From an uncultured Dehalococcoidia bacterium (GTDB lineage: Bacteria; Chloroflexota; Dehalococcoidia; Lucifugimonadales; UBA3495): a DNA stretch of 64,000 bases. The position numbers and the translations under genes were made by a program. Positions 41,127 to 53,220 of the stretch are shown in pieces; the stretch's first letter is position 1, and the number at the start of each line of letters is the position of its first letter. The notes under the pieces were generated by a model that made no database searches, was not told the DNA's origin, and saw nothing but the letters and a program-made list of their open reading frames with translations. Location of the stretch: the NCBI GenBank assembly GCA_958296445.1, contig OY282565.1, positions 3,936,605 through 4,000,604 on the forward strand, in the 5' to 3' direction.

Positions 41127-41732
41127 ATGGAACAGTTTTTTAATCCCGGTCATCCTGAGGCCGGGTTTCCCGAAATTCAGCTTTGTATTTTTCCGCACCT
41201 GCGGGAGTTTCTGGTTTTCGATGCCCGAATCGGGCAGCCGCAGGTGCGGGTGATTGGCGCCGATGAGATTTTCGGCGACGAATTTTTTCGCGCCGTGGAG
41301 CATGAGTTTTCCCACGCGCTGCGGGAAATGGGCGACTTTCCCTTTGCCCACCTGATGAACCTTACGATGCACTTCGAGGAGGCTATCCGCGAGGTGGCGA
41401 TGATGTTCATTCTGGAGCGGCTGGGGGTGCGATTGGGCGGTACTCCCGATTTTCCCGGCGGGGAAAGCCAGAACATCGAAATTCCCGGCGTGGTGGTCTA
41501 TGTGATTACCGGCGGCACGGTGTCGGCCCATTCGGATCTGGTGCTGGGCGCGTTGCGGGAACTGCTGGAAAAGCCGGGCAGCCGTGAATCGCTGCCGGAA
41601 TGGGAACACCGATTCGCCGAAATGGTGGCGCAGGAAGCGGAAATAATGCAGCGGCTCAACCGGCAGGAACTGGCGCAGGCCATCCGGGGGGAATCGCCGG
41701 ATTACTTTGCTTTGTGGGATAACCTTAATTGA
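41127..41732 (+). CDS. Hypothetical protein
   Basis: Protein-like composition, co-oriented with neighbours. Confidence 0.65.
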   Translation: MEQFFNPGHPEAGFPEIQLCIFPHLREFLVFDARIGQPQVRVIGADEIFGDEFFRAVEHEFSHALREMGDFPFAHLMNLTMHFEEAIREVAMMFILERLGVRLGGTPDFPGGESQNIEIPGVVVYVITGGTVSAHSDLVLGALRELLEKPGSRESLPEWEHRFAEMVAQEAEIMQRLNRQELAQAIRGESPDYFALWDNLN

Positions 41733-41825
41733 CCGGGGGTGGTTAAACGCCGAGTGCGCCGAGAACGCCGAGTTTTATTTTTGGATTCTTGGCGTTTTTT
41801 GCGGGCTTTGCGTTGGATTAGTCTG

Positions 41826-42395
41826 ATGAGAATTGGGTTGATTTCGGATACTCATTGCGCGGGTAGCGGGCGGGATTTGCCGGGGGCGGTGCTGCGGGCT
41901 TTGGGCGGGGTTGAGCTGATTCTGCATTGCGGCGACCTAGAGTGTCTGGGCGTTCTGGATTATCTGGAAAGCGTGGCGCCGGTGCTGGCGGTGCGGGGCT
42001 ATGAAGACCCGCGGGAGCCGGGCGGGCGGCTGGCCGACGCTACGCGGGTGGTTCAGGCCGGGGGAATCGCTATCGGCATGGTTCACGATATTCAGTGGCC
42101 GGGGCCGAAAATCGCCACTACGCCGGACGGAACCGGGCTGGTGCTGCCGGAAGGGCGGGCGGCGGAGCTGCTGGCGGCCAAGTTCGGGCAGCCGGTGGAC
42201 GTGGCGCTGTTCGGCGATACGCACGAGGAACTGGTCTGCCGCTGGGATGATGCGCTGCTGGTGAATCCCGGCAGTCCCACTTACCCGGGCCGCCGCCACC
42301 GCCGGGGGGCGCTGGGAACCATCGGGCTGCTGGAGGTTGACGGCGGGATGGTTGACGCGCGGATTGTTGATTTGGAGGATGGGGGGCGGTTTTAA
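41826..42395 (+). CDS. Metallophosphoesterase (YfcE-like)
   Basis: ISDTH, HCGD, VRGYED, FGDTH, NPGS. Confidence 0.85.
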   Translation: MRIGLISDTHCAGSGRDLPGAVLRALGGVELILHCGDLECLGVLDYLESVAPVLAVRGYEDPREPGGRLADATRVVQAGGIAIGMVHDIQWPGPKIATTPDGTGLVLPEGRAAELLAAKFGQPVDVALFGDTHEELVCRWDDALLVNPGSPTYPGRRHRRGALGTIGLLEVDGGMVDARIVDLEDGGRF

Positions 42396-42456
42396 CGCAG
42401 AGTACGCAGAGATTTCGCAGAGGGCGCAGAGGATTTATTTGGATTTGTCTGCGCCC
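42391..42456. repeat. Family D repeat
   Basis: TTTAACGCAGAGTACGCAGAG...CGCAGAGGGCGCAGAG...TCTGCGCCC. Confidence 0.75.
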
Positions 42457-42465
42457 TTTTTTGTT

Positions 42466-44553
<2,088 letters not shown>

Positions 44554-44777
44554 GCGGTCTCTCAGGGCAAGGATGGGGGCGAGGATTGCGGTAATTTTGG
44601 CGCGGGAAATTTATCATAAACGGGGGGGATAGTCAATTGGGGGGTCGTCTGAGATTCGTCGGCTGGGGGTGGGAAATCTTTCTCTACCATCCCAGCATCC
44701 AACACAGGTATAATCCCATCCACCACCCCCTGCCGGATGACAAGCAGCCCCGCCAATCGCCCGCCCAGAGGTTCACG

Positions 44778-45524
44778 ATGACCACCGCCAAATATCCCCG
44801 ACCCCAAAGCGGCTACGCGCTGCCCGACCCTCCCGACCGCGAGCCCGACGATATGACCAGCTTCGACCACTTGGCCGCCAACGGCAACGCCCATCACCTG
44901 GCCCACCACTTGGGCCGGCCCGAAACCACCATCGTATCAGGCGAACACTACCTGAGCCCCGACTTCACCCGCGACCTCACCGGCGTCCGCTACCCCGACC
45001 TGCTCATCGCCTTCAACGTAAATCCGGCGGCCTACCGCCGCAGCAACGCCTACATCATTTCGGAGCAGGGAAAGCCCCCCGACTTCGTGCTGGAAATAGC
45101 ATCCCGCAGAACCGGACGCGCCGACGCCGTGGACAAGCGGAAGGACTACGCCGCCCTGGGCATCCCCGAATACTGGCGCTTCGACGAAACCGGGCAGCAC
45201 CACCGCACCCGGCTGGCCGGCGACCGGCTGGTGAACGGCCAGTACCAGCCCATCACCCTAGAGCAACTGCCCGGCGGCGTCATACAGGGGTACAGCCCCA
45301 TCCTGAACCTATACATCCGCTGGCATCAGGGACGGCTGGAATGGCACGACCCGGCAACCGGCCGGCACATCCTAACCTACGACGACCAACGCGAGGCAGC
45401 CAGGCTCCAGCGCGAGGTACTCGGGATCGAGCGTGAGGCACGCGGACTAGAGCGCGAAGCCCGCATCGCCGCCGAGGCCCGCGTCCGCGAACTCGAGGAA
45501 CAACTCCGGCGCCAAAACAACTGA
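44778..45524 (+). CDS. Uma2 family endonuclease, copy 1
   Basis: PDLLIAF, PPDFVLEIAS, DKRKDYAALGIPEYWRFD; charged C-terminal coil. Confidence 0.9.
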   Translation: MTTAKYPRPQSGYALPDPPDREPDDMTSFDHLAANGNAHHLAHHLGRPETTIVSGEHYLSPDFTRDLTGVRYPDLLIAFNVNPAAYRRSNAYIISEQGKPPDFVLEIASRRTGRADAVDKRKDYAALGIPEYWRFDETGQHHRTRLAGDRLVNGQYQPITLEQLPGGVIQGYSPILNLYIRWHQGRLEWHDPATGRHILTYDDQREAARLQREVLGIEREARGLEREARIAAEARVRELEEQLRRQNN

Positions 45525-45620
45525 CCCCAAACGCACCGTCCAACACGGGTATAATCCCGTCCACCACCACTCCCGCCGGATGACGGCCACCGCCGCCAAT
45601 CGCCCGCCCAGAGGTTCACG

Positions 45621-46370
45621 ATGACCACCGCCAACACCACCGCCAACACCGCCGCCAAAAACCCCCAGCCCCGTAGCGGCTACCCGCTGCCCGACCCTCC
45701 CGACCGCGAGCCCGACGATATGACCAGCTTCGACCACCTGGCCGCCAACGGCAACGCCCATCACCTGGCCCACCACTTGGGCCGGCCCGAAACCACCATC
45801 GTATCCGGCGAACACTACCTGAGCCCCGACTTCACCCGCGACCTCACCGGCGTCCGCTACCCCGACCTGCTCATCGCCTTCAACGTAAATCCCGAAGCCT
45901 ACCGCCGGAGCAACGCCTACATCATTTCGGAGCAGGGTAAGCCCCCCGACTTCGTGCTGGAAATAGCATCCCGCAGAACCGGACACACCGACGTAGTAGA
46001 CAAGCGAAAGGACTACGCCGCCCTAGGCATCCCCGAATACTGGCGCTTCGACGAAACGGGACAGCACCACCGCACCCGGCTGGCCGGCGACCGGCTGGTC
46101 AACGGCCAGTACCAGCCCATCACCCTAGAGCAACTGCCCGGCGGCGTCATCCAGGGATACAGCCCGGTCCTCAACCTGCGCATCCGCTGGAATCAAGGGC
46201 GGCTGGAATGGCACGACCCGGCGACGGGGCGCCACATCCTCACCTACGACGACCAGCGCGAGACGACCAGGCTCCACCGCGAGGCACTCGGGATCGAGCG
46301 CGAAGCCCGCATCGCCGCCGAAGCCCGCGTCCGCGAACTCGAGGAACAACTCCGGCAGCAAGGCGACTGA
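45621..46370 (+). CDS. Uma2 family endonuclease, copy 2
   Basis: Near-identical tandem paralog, including upstream TATAAT region. Confidence 0.9.
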   Translation: MTTANTTANTAAKNPQPRSGYPLPDPPDREPDDMTSFDHLAANGNAHHLAHHLGRPETTIVSGEHYLSPDFTRDLTGVRYPDLLIAFNVNPEAYRRSNAYIISEQGKPPDFVLEIASRRTGHTDVVDKRKDYAALGIPEYWRFDETGQHHRTRLAGDRLVNGQYQPITLEQLPGGVIQGYSPVLNLRIRWNQGRLEWHDPATGRHILTYDDQRETTRLHREALGIEREARIAAEARVRELEEQLRQQGD

Positions 46371-46412
46371 TCCCGGACGCGCCGGTTCCGCCGGACGCTT
46401 TCATACACCCCG

Positions 46413-47339
46413 TCACCCCCCGTCCGCCAACCCCTGCGCCCGCTCCAAGTGCGCCCGCGCCGCGGCCAGAAAGTCGGGCGGATTATCCCCCTGCACCAGA
46501 TGCCCCGCGTTGGCGATGGTCACCGTAACGCACCCGGCCATTTCCCGCCCCATCCGCTCCATCGTTTCGGCGGCGAAAATGTCGCTGCGGTCGCCCCGCG
46601 TCACCAGCGTCGGGCAATCTATGCGCCGCCAGCACTCCCAAAGCCGTTCCGGCGTCCAGTGATTATCCTCGCGCCCGGGCTGGCGCATCACCCGGTCATA
46701 CTTCCACGTCCACTTGCCGTTGGCGCCCTGCCGGATGCTGTATTTCAGCGCCCCCAGCACCTGCTCCCGGCTGCGCCCGGTATACTCCTGAATCCGGTCG
46801 GCGAACTCCTCCAGCGTGTCCAGATTGTCCGGCAATTCACGGAACTGCTGGATGCGCTGGCGCCCCCGGCGCACCGACTCCGGCCCGGTGTCCACCACGG
46901 TCAGCGAGCGCAGCGCCCTAGGATGACGTGATGCCCAGACAAAGCTGTTGCGCCCGCCCATCGAGTGGCCTATCAAATGAAACCCGCCCTCATCCAGCCC
47001 CAAAGCCGGAATCACTGCGTCCAAATCGCCCTGCATCGCATCCAGCGAATAATCGCCGTCGGGCGCCCAATCGCTGTCGCCGTGGCCCCGCTGATCCAAC
47101 GCCAGAACGTGATAATCCGGCGAAAGCGGCAGGCTGATAAAGTCCCAGCTATGCCCCTGCTGCGACGCGCCGTGCAACATCAACACCGTCGGGCAAGCCG
47201 GGTCGCCCCATTCCAAATAATGAAAACGCAGGCCGTTGGCGTCAACAAACCGGTCAACGGGTTCGTTCTCTTGGCTGAACGGCACGCCCACCCGCCGCGC
47301 CGCCTCGTGCAGCGAAAGTCCCAGAGAATGCGACGCCAT
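46413..47339 (-). CDS. Alpha/beta hydrolase
   Basis: LHG, DQRGHGDS, GHSMG, AGH. Confidence 0.92.
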   Translation of the reverse strand: MASHSLGLSLHEAARRVGVPFSQENEPVDRFVDANGLRFHYLEWGDPACPTVLMLHGASQQGHSWDFISLPLSPDYHVLALDQRGHGDSDWAPDGDYSLDAMQGDLDAVIPALGLDEGGFHLIGHSMGGRNSFVWASRHPRALRSLTVVDTGPESVRRGRQRIQQFRELPDNLDTLEEFADRIQEYTGRSREQVLGALKYSIRQGANGKWTWKYDRVMRQPGREDNHWTPERLWECWRRIDCPTLVTRGDRSDIFAAETMERMGREMAGCVTVTIANAGHLVQGDNPPDFLAAARAHLERAQGLADGG

Positions 47340-47477
47340 CTTGAACCCTCCGCCCGTTAATCGGCCCCCGGCAATCCCCGCCCGGCAAGCCCCTACAATA
47401 ATACCCCCGCTGTCAATTTATACGCCCCCGGCCATAGAGAAAATGGCGAAAATCCCTCGCAAAATCACTCCCGCCGC

Positions 47478-47585
47478 CCGTCATTTTGCCTGTCGCCTGT
47501 CATTCTGAGCGAAGCGAAGAATCCCAGCCTAGTCGCCAATATCCTCAGCTTCGCTCAGAATGACCGACTGGAATTTCGCAATCGT
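47478..47585 (-). repeat. Family A unit in reverse orientation with a partial inverted partner
   Basis: GTCATTCTGAGCGAAGCGAAGAATC...GCTTCGCTCAGAATGAC. Confidence 0.85.
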
Positions 47586-47839
47586 CTCTCCAATAAGAGG
47601 GTTATTCAAAACTTGGGTTGGACAACTTGGCTTTGCTGATTTCGTCGTTTAGCGACGTGAGCTGTAAGCAGATCGTACTCCCCCGCCTAATCAGGAGGGC
47701 CCGTTTTCTTGGTGGCGGTGCCGGTGGGTTTTCGGAACCACTGTTGGCGCATGATGTCCAGTTGGACAACGCCGCTGTCGTCTATGAAGGGTTTTCTAAA
47801 AGTTGAGACTCTGAAATCCCTTGGAAGAGTTTGTGTGGT

Positions 47840-48904
47840 CTACGGAATGAAGTCTTCCGGGTCTGAGTAGTGGTATTGGAAGTCTTTTTCTCCTATGCAC
47901 AAGTATTCCAGTAGTTCTTTCCTCCCATATTCCAATGTGGTCATATGGTGTTTAGCCATCTTGTAAGGCAGAATGGGAGGCTCCGGCATTGGTGACAGGT
48001 GTTCTGGCTCTCTATTCCGGTATCCAGCCTTGTTTATTTGTATGAACAGGCTTTTCTTTTGTTGGGGTGTTATAGATTTTAGCCTGTCTGCCTGCATTAT
48101 CAATGCTTGCATGGATATTTTCCACTCCAGCTTCAGTCCGGCCAAGCGGGTGAGATTCAGTCCTGCCATTGCATTTATGATTTCGTGGCCGGGCGTCAGG
48201 AATTCTCCAGCGAACTCGTTGGCCTCTTTCTCTGTGTCGTCGCTGGGCCGCGCTGGGTCTGAGTGCATTATGAGGTGTCCCAATTCGTGCGCGACTGTCC
48301 AACGCCACCGGTCAGGTGGCATTTCAGAATTTATGTGTATGAAGCTGGTGATTGCTGGGTGTCTCACACTGAACCCGTCTATGGCGTTGTTTCCGAAATT
48401 GTGTGATAATATCACACATCCCTCAGCTTCCACTTGCCGGGTTATGTTAAAGACTGGGCCCGGCGGCATTTTCCACAGTGCCCTAACGGTTCTGGCTATT
48501 TTGGCAGGGTTTTCGTATTCTTCGATAGGGTACCAAGGTAGGGCTTGTTCTATTGGGTATCCTTGGGTCAGTTGCCATATTTCCATCCTGCGAATGGCTG
48601 CGCAGGCGTAAGCCTTTGACAATGTGATAACTGGGACAGAGCGACGTTTGCGGTGGAACAGGGCGTCGGCGCCTGGCCCGTTTAGTACGCGAGTTTCCCG
48701 ATGAAAGAATCTTTTGGGGTATTCTAGAGTGCTGGACAGCGTCTTTATGTGTCCTTCACTAGGTGGCAGACTACCTGACTCGTAGCGAGATATAGTGGCT
48801 TGTGGCAGTCCCGACTTTAAGGCTAGGGCCTTCTGGGTAAGCCCTCGGGAATGGCGTGCCGTGGTCAGCATTTCCGGGTTGAAACCGGAAAATTTGACGT
48901 TCAT
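47840..48904 (-). CDS. XRE HTH + ImmA/IrrE metallopeptidase
   Basis: N-terminal HTH (LTQKALA...ISRYESG); RWTVAHELGH; EANEFAGEFL. Confidence 0.9.
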   Translation of the reverse strand: MNVKFSGFNPEMLTTARHSRGLTQKALALKSGLPQATISRYESGSLPPSEGHIKTLSSTLEYPKRFFHRETRVLNGPGADALFHRKRRSVPVITLSKAYACAAIRRMEIWQLTQGYPIEQALPWYPIEEYENPAKIARTVRALWKMPPGPVFNITRQVEAEGCVILSHNFGNNAIDGFSVRHPAITSFIHINSEMPPDRWRWTVAHELGHLIMHSDPARPSDDTEKEANEFAGEFLTPGHEIINAMAGLNLTRLAGLKLEWKISMQALIMQADRLKSITPQQKKSLFIQINKAGYRNREPEHLSPMPEPPILPYKMAKHHMTTLEYGRKELLEYLCIGEKDFQYHYSDPEDFIP

Positions 48905-48921
48905 GTTACGCTTCTCTCTTA

Positions 48922-49530
48922 TTAGTTTAATAGCGCCTCGAAATTGTCGTACGAGTAAACTTCTTCGAGTGCAGGAGCGTTGTCAAGGATGTCTGGATGT
49001 CTTCCTTGAATGGGATATATGTCGGCTCGTTCCCCCCATGTCTGCCATATCCAGACGATATCTTTGCCTTCTTTCAGTAAGACGAATGCGTCTGCTACAA
49101 GCATTCCGGTGGGGTCGAGTCTGTATCCGTACTCCAGTCTGGCGTATTTCGGCATTCCGGGCATAAGTTGTTGTGAGTTCCAGTTGTCCGAATGTTTGGT
49201 GCGCAGGTTCCAGGACTGTAAGGCTTTGCCTAGGTGCTTTATCCTGATTATGATACCGGTAGAGTCGTCATTGAATCGCACCGCTTTTTGGCCTTGGTGG
49301 TTGAGAAAGGTTGCATTGGCTTCGGTCTCCATATAGTTTTGCCAGTGGTCGGCAAAGATGTTCCCTCTGGTTCGGGGCGTCAGAATATGCTGAATTCCCC
49401 GGTATCTGCCGTATGCCCAGAAGTTTTGGCATTGATGCAGGCCCCGTGTCATGTCGATTATCCTGTTTTCTTGCATCAGGAATTGCCGTGTTTCCTGCAA
49501 GCTTATATAGCAGGTTTCTTTAGTTGCCAA
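48922..49530 (-). CDS. Hypothetical protein upstream of XRE-ImmA
   Basis: GAGGTGG RBS; 17-nt gap; same lower GC as the partner gene. Confidence 0.7.
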   Translation of the reverse strand: MATKETCYISLQETRQFLMQENRIIDMTRGLHQCQNFWAYGRYRGIQHILTPRTRGNIFADHWQNYMETEANATFLNHQGQKAVRFNDDSTGIIIRIKHLGKALQSWNLRTKHSDNWNSQQLMPGMPKYARLEYGYRLDPTGMLVADAFVLLKEGKDIVWIWQTWGERADIYPIQGRHPDILDNAPALEEVYSYDNFEALLN

Positions 49531-50088
49531 GTTTCCCCTCCACCTCTAGGTAACACTATCTAAGGTTATTCTACCGGCTGTGCGCTTTTCTGTCAACACC
49601 AATATGACGAATTTTATGGCGAATTTTATGCTGGGGCCATTATAGAGCCTGAGATCCGAGCATCCTGGTTCGCGTTTCCTCAGCGGTGTTCGTTGGTCAC
49701 GCTGCCGGTGTGCTGTGCCGGGGCAGTATCGCCTGCATCTCGCCAAAGCTGGGGGGCTATGGCAACAGGATACGGGCATACCGGCGGGGGAATCTGGCCG
49801 TGGTGTGATACGGATGTTGCTGATGCTAATAGTGTACCGTATGATCGGCAATCCGATGGGGTTGCCGGTCTTTCTTTTGGGACCGGCGGCTGTTCCGGCG
49901 GCGCTGTCCGGTTGCTGCGCCAGTGTCTCTGGATGACGGAATTCGCCGTATAAGTGCCGGAATCAGTAATCTGCTTCCAGCAACCCTGAGTTTTGAATAA
50001 CTCTCCAGCAACAACCGCCCTTTCCCTTTATGCCCGCAGAGTGGTATCATTCATCCTTGCCTGAACACCATTGGGAGAATGATTTTTT

Positions 50089-50706
50089 ATGACGACCAGC
50101 GCGGTGCAATTGGAGTTGCAGCCTAGGGAGCTGCTGGGCAAGAAAGTAGGCCGGCTGCGGCGGGCCGGCATCATCCCCGTACACCTCTACGGCCCCGGAA
50201 TCGAGTCCCGCGCCCTGCAATGCGCCGCGCCGCGCCTGATACAAGCACTGGCCGCCGCCGCCAGTTCGCCCATTTCGGTGACCGTCGAGGGCGAGGCGGG
50301 CGGCCACTTGGCTTTTGCCAGAGAAATCCAGTGGGACCCCAGACGCGACACCGTGCTGCACGTTGACCTGCTGGCCGCCGACGCGGCCCGTCCGGTGACC
50401 GCCCAAGTGAGCGTGGCCCTGACCGGCGAAGCGCCAGGCGCGGCCCGCAGCGGCGGCAGCGTCATCCAGCAGCTTTTATCCGTCGAAGTTTCGGCCCTGC
50501 CCCTAGATATGCCGGCCCAAGCCGAGGTTGACCTAGCCGCAATGACCGCCGCCGACAGCACCCTGCGGGCCGCCGACATCCCCTTGCCCGCCGCTGTAAC
50601 CCTGCTCACCGACCCGGAGGAAATCGTCGCCCGCATAGACGTCCCCCCCGGAGCAGTGGGCATTGATCTGCCGGAAGGCGAACCCCCCGCCGATTCCGGC
50701 GAATAA
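50089..50706 (+). CDS. rplY: 50S ribosomal protein L25 (Ctc form)
   Basis: GKKVGRLRRAGIIPVHLYG, REIQWDP..LHVD. Confidence 0.92.
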   Translation: MTTSAVQLELQPRELLGKKVGRLRRAGIIPVHLYGPGIESRALQCAAPRLIQALAAAASSPISVTVEGEAGGHLAFAREIQWDPRRDTVLHVDLLAADAARPVTAQVSVALTGEAPGAARSGGSVIQQLLSVEVSALPLDMPAQAEVDLAAMTAADSTLRAADIPLPAAVTLLTDPEEIVARIDVPPGAVGIDLPEGEPPADSGE

Positions 50707-50771
50707 CCCCGCAGACCATAACCACCGGCGCCGCTAACGGGCCACCGGGCATCAGAAAGGGAGGCGAGGGT

Positions 50772-51542
50772 ATGCACCTGGTATATATGGGACAATCGGG
50801 CCAGACCGGAACCAGCGTCGGCGACCCTTCCCAGCCCCACGAAGTGGTGGCCGGGCTGATGTTGCACGAAACGCAAACCGTGTCGGTCAACGGCGAGTTC
50901 GACGCCCTCTGCCGCCGTCATTTCGGGGCGCCTTTGGGACAGCCGGGCGCCCCCGTCCAAATCCGCCCGGTAGACCTGTTCCAAGGGCTGCGGCACTTCG
51001 CCCCCTGGCCGCCGGAACGCCGCTCCGAGCTGATTCAGGACTGCCTCAACATCCTCATCCGCCGCGAAACGCCCCTCATCGCCGCCTGCATTGACAAGCG
51101 GGAGCTGGCCTCCGCCCGCGCCAACGCCACCTCCCCCGCCGCGCTGCTCTGGAACAACCCCATCGAGCCGGTGATGAGCCGCTTCCTGTTCGCGCTGAGT
51201 ATGTACCTCGACGAAATGAATATGTCCAACCTCAACCACGACCAGATTATGGCGGGCGACCTCCCGGTGTCCCAGTTCGCGCTGATAGTGGCCCAGGAAG
51301 GCGCCAACATCAAGCCGCGCTTTCTGCCCGAATTTCTCCGCTCCGACGAAGGCATAGACGCCACCGCCCTGCATGAAAACTTCTGCTTCGTCAACGCCGA
51401 GGACTCCCCCGGAATGCAGCTCGCCAACCTGTGCGCCTACTTCATCCGCCGCTGGCTCCAAACCCCCAACAACCCCAACCCCTACTTCGAGACCCTCCGC
51501 GACAATCGGGTGGTGCAGGTCATCTACCCGGTGACGCTGTAA
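50772..51542 (+). CDS. DUF3800-like protein with degenerate acidic motifs
   Basis: YMGQSG at the N-terminus, SPGMQLANLCAY near the C-terminus. Confidence 0.65.
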   Translation: MHLVYMGQSGQTGTSVGDPSQPHEVVAGLMLHETQTVSVNGEFDALCRRHFGAPLGQPGAPVQIRPVDLFQGLRHFAPWPPERRSELIQDCLNILIRRETPLIAACIDKRELASARANATSPAALLWNNPIEPVMSRFLFALSMYLDEMNMSNLNHDQIMAGDLPVSQFALIVAQEGANIKPRFLPEFLRSDEGIDATALHENFCFVNAEDSPGMQLANLCAYFIRRWLQTPNNPNPYFETLRDNRVVQVIYPVTL

Positions 51543-51580
51543 CTCTACTCTAAACAGTTTAGAGAAATAGCTCCAGCCTT

Positions 51581-52996
51581 TCAGCCCGCAGCGGAAACGC
51601 TCCAGTAGGCTTGCGGATCGGTAGGGCTGTTGCCGGTGCGCTCTACCAAACCGCGCGACTCCAGCAACCGCAGATTCCGCAGCACAACCGGACGGGAGCG
51701 GCCGGTTGAGCGAACCAGGTCACCCGTGCCTGTGGAACCAAGCAACGAAAGCTGCTGGAAAATATCCCGCGCTGTCTGCGGCAATGCCATCAATTTTCCC
51801 CCCCGGGCAACCGTGCCTAAAAGCGTGACAGTCACCCCGCCGGCTGTTTGAGTAACTATCGGACGCTGCCTCCCCGTAGACTCCATCCCTGCCACCATCC
51901 GGCGCAATCCTTCTCCCAACTCTTGGCCGTATGACAGCTCAGCCATAACTCGGGCAATGCGGGGGTTGCGGGAAAATCGCTGAACTTTCGTCAAATCGTC
52001 CAACGAAGTAATGCCTGGGAACCGGCCGGGGCTGCCCACTTCTATCCGGTCATCGAACACTGCCAGCCGGATATGGTCGCCGAAATTGCTGTATGCGCGG
52101 TGAATGACGGCGTTCACCAGGGCCTCCAGCCAGACCTCTTCCGGCACGATGCCGAACCATCCGAAACGCCCATCCGTTCCCAAAGCCTTCCGCTCCGGCA
52201 AAACTTCCTTTACCGCTTGCCGGGCGGCGTCTATCTGCCTCGGCAACTGCCCCTCACATCTAATATCGCTGACTAAATTCTGCTCTGTTCCCGTGCGGCG
52301 TTCCAATCCGGCATACCTAAGGACTCTTACATACGCCTGCGGATTAACGCCTTGCGGATTAACGCCAAACAGCAGATGCCCGGCGGTAAAAGGCGAGCCA
52401 TCCCGGTCGGTCAAGTCCCTGGCCTGCAACAGGCGCATCGGGTCGGGGTGGCCTACTCTGGCGGCGTATTCGTCTACCGCGTGAAAGTCCAGCATCGCAT
52501 CCCCGAATGAACGCGCCGGAGTCCTTTCAAAAGTGGTATCGCCCCGGTCATAGCGCAACTGTAGCCGTTGCTCAAAGTCCAAGCGGCGGTCTTCGTCGCC
52601 AACTCGCAGAAACACCTCGTCCCTATTGGTGGCGTGAACCTGCTCGCTTGGCTGGACTACTATTAAAAAAAGCTGGTCGGCCGCGCCATGACGGTTAATG
52701 CACTCCAGTGGGCGTTGCTCAAACCAAACCGGCGGAACCGTGAAATCCAAACCGGCCTGCCGCCATCCGTTCTGGTTCTCCGGTCTGCCGCTGATTCCTT
52801 CGCACTCGCCATTGGATAAGCCGATGACTATGATGCCGCCCTCGGCGTTTGCCATCGCCACTAGGGTTTTGGCTAAATCGGTTGCGTGGATCCGGGCGCT
52901 TTTACGGTCAAACCATTGGTTTTCCGGCTCTGTCAGGAGGCGCCGGGTCAAATCCCCGGGCGGCAGAGCCAACAGATTTTCCATAGAAGGCAGCAT
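51581..52996 (-). CDS. AlbA_2 (Schlafen-like) + RecG-C/HATPase_c_4 + wHTH protein
   Basis: ENQWFDRKS, AMANAEGG, EALVNAVIHRAY, DRIEVGSPG, RNPRIA. Confidence 0.88.
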   Translation of the reverse strand: MLPSMENLLALPPGDLTRRLLTEPENQWFDRKSARIHATDLAKTLVAMANAEGGIIVIGLSNGECEGISGRPENQNGWRQAGLDFTVPPVWFEQRPLECINRHGAADQLFLIVVQPSEQVHATNRDEVFLRVGDEDRRLDFEQRLQLRYDRGDTTFERTPARSFGDAMLDFHAVDEYAARVGHPDPMRLLQARDLTDRDGSPFTAGHLLFGVNPQGVNPQAYVRVLRYAGLERRTGTEQNLVSDIRCEGQLPRQIDAARQAVKEVLPERKALGTDGRFGWFGIVPEEVWLEALVNAVIHRAYSNFGDHIRLAVFDDRIEVGSPGRFPGITSLDDLTKVQRFSRNPRIARVMAELSYGQELGEGLRRMVAGMESTGRQRPIVTQTAGGVTVTLLGTVARGGKLMALPQTARDIFQQLSLLGSTGTGDLVRSTGRSRPVVLRNLRLLESRGLVERTGNSPTDPQAYWSVSAAG

Positions 52997-53220
52997 ACTT
53001 CCCCCTAGTTACAGCCGCGGGCAAATCCGGCAGATTGTCCTATCATAGGATATACAGCATATTTTACCACTGTTAATTATTTATAGCAAGCCCACAGAAA
53101 TCTTACCCGCCCCCCAACCTTTACAACCCGCGCCCCCATTGCTAAAATCAATCCAAATCGGGAGGGTCGCGCTCCGCGTTGGCTCTCCTATACTGTTTGC
53201 CTCCGCCGGAGGGTTCCCCA

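Noticed and set aside
47618-47806. Small ORFs at the island edges (also 49546..50050)
   Set aside because: No motifs or convincing RBS; competing overlapping frames
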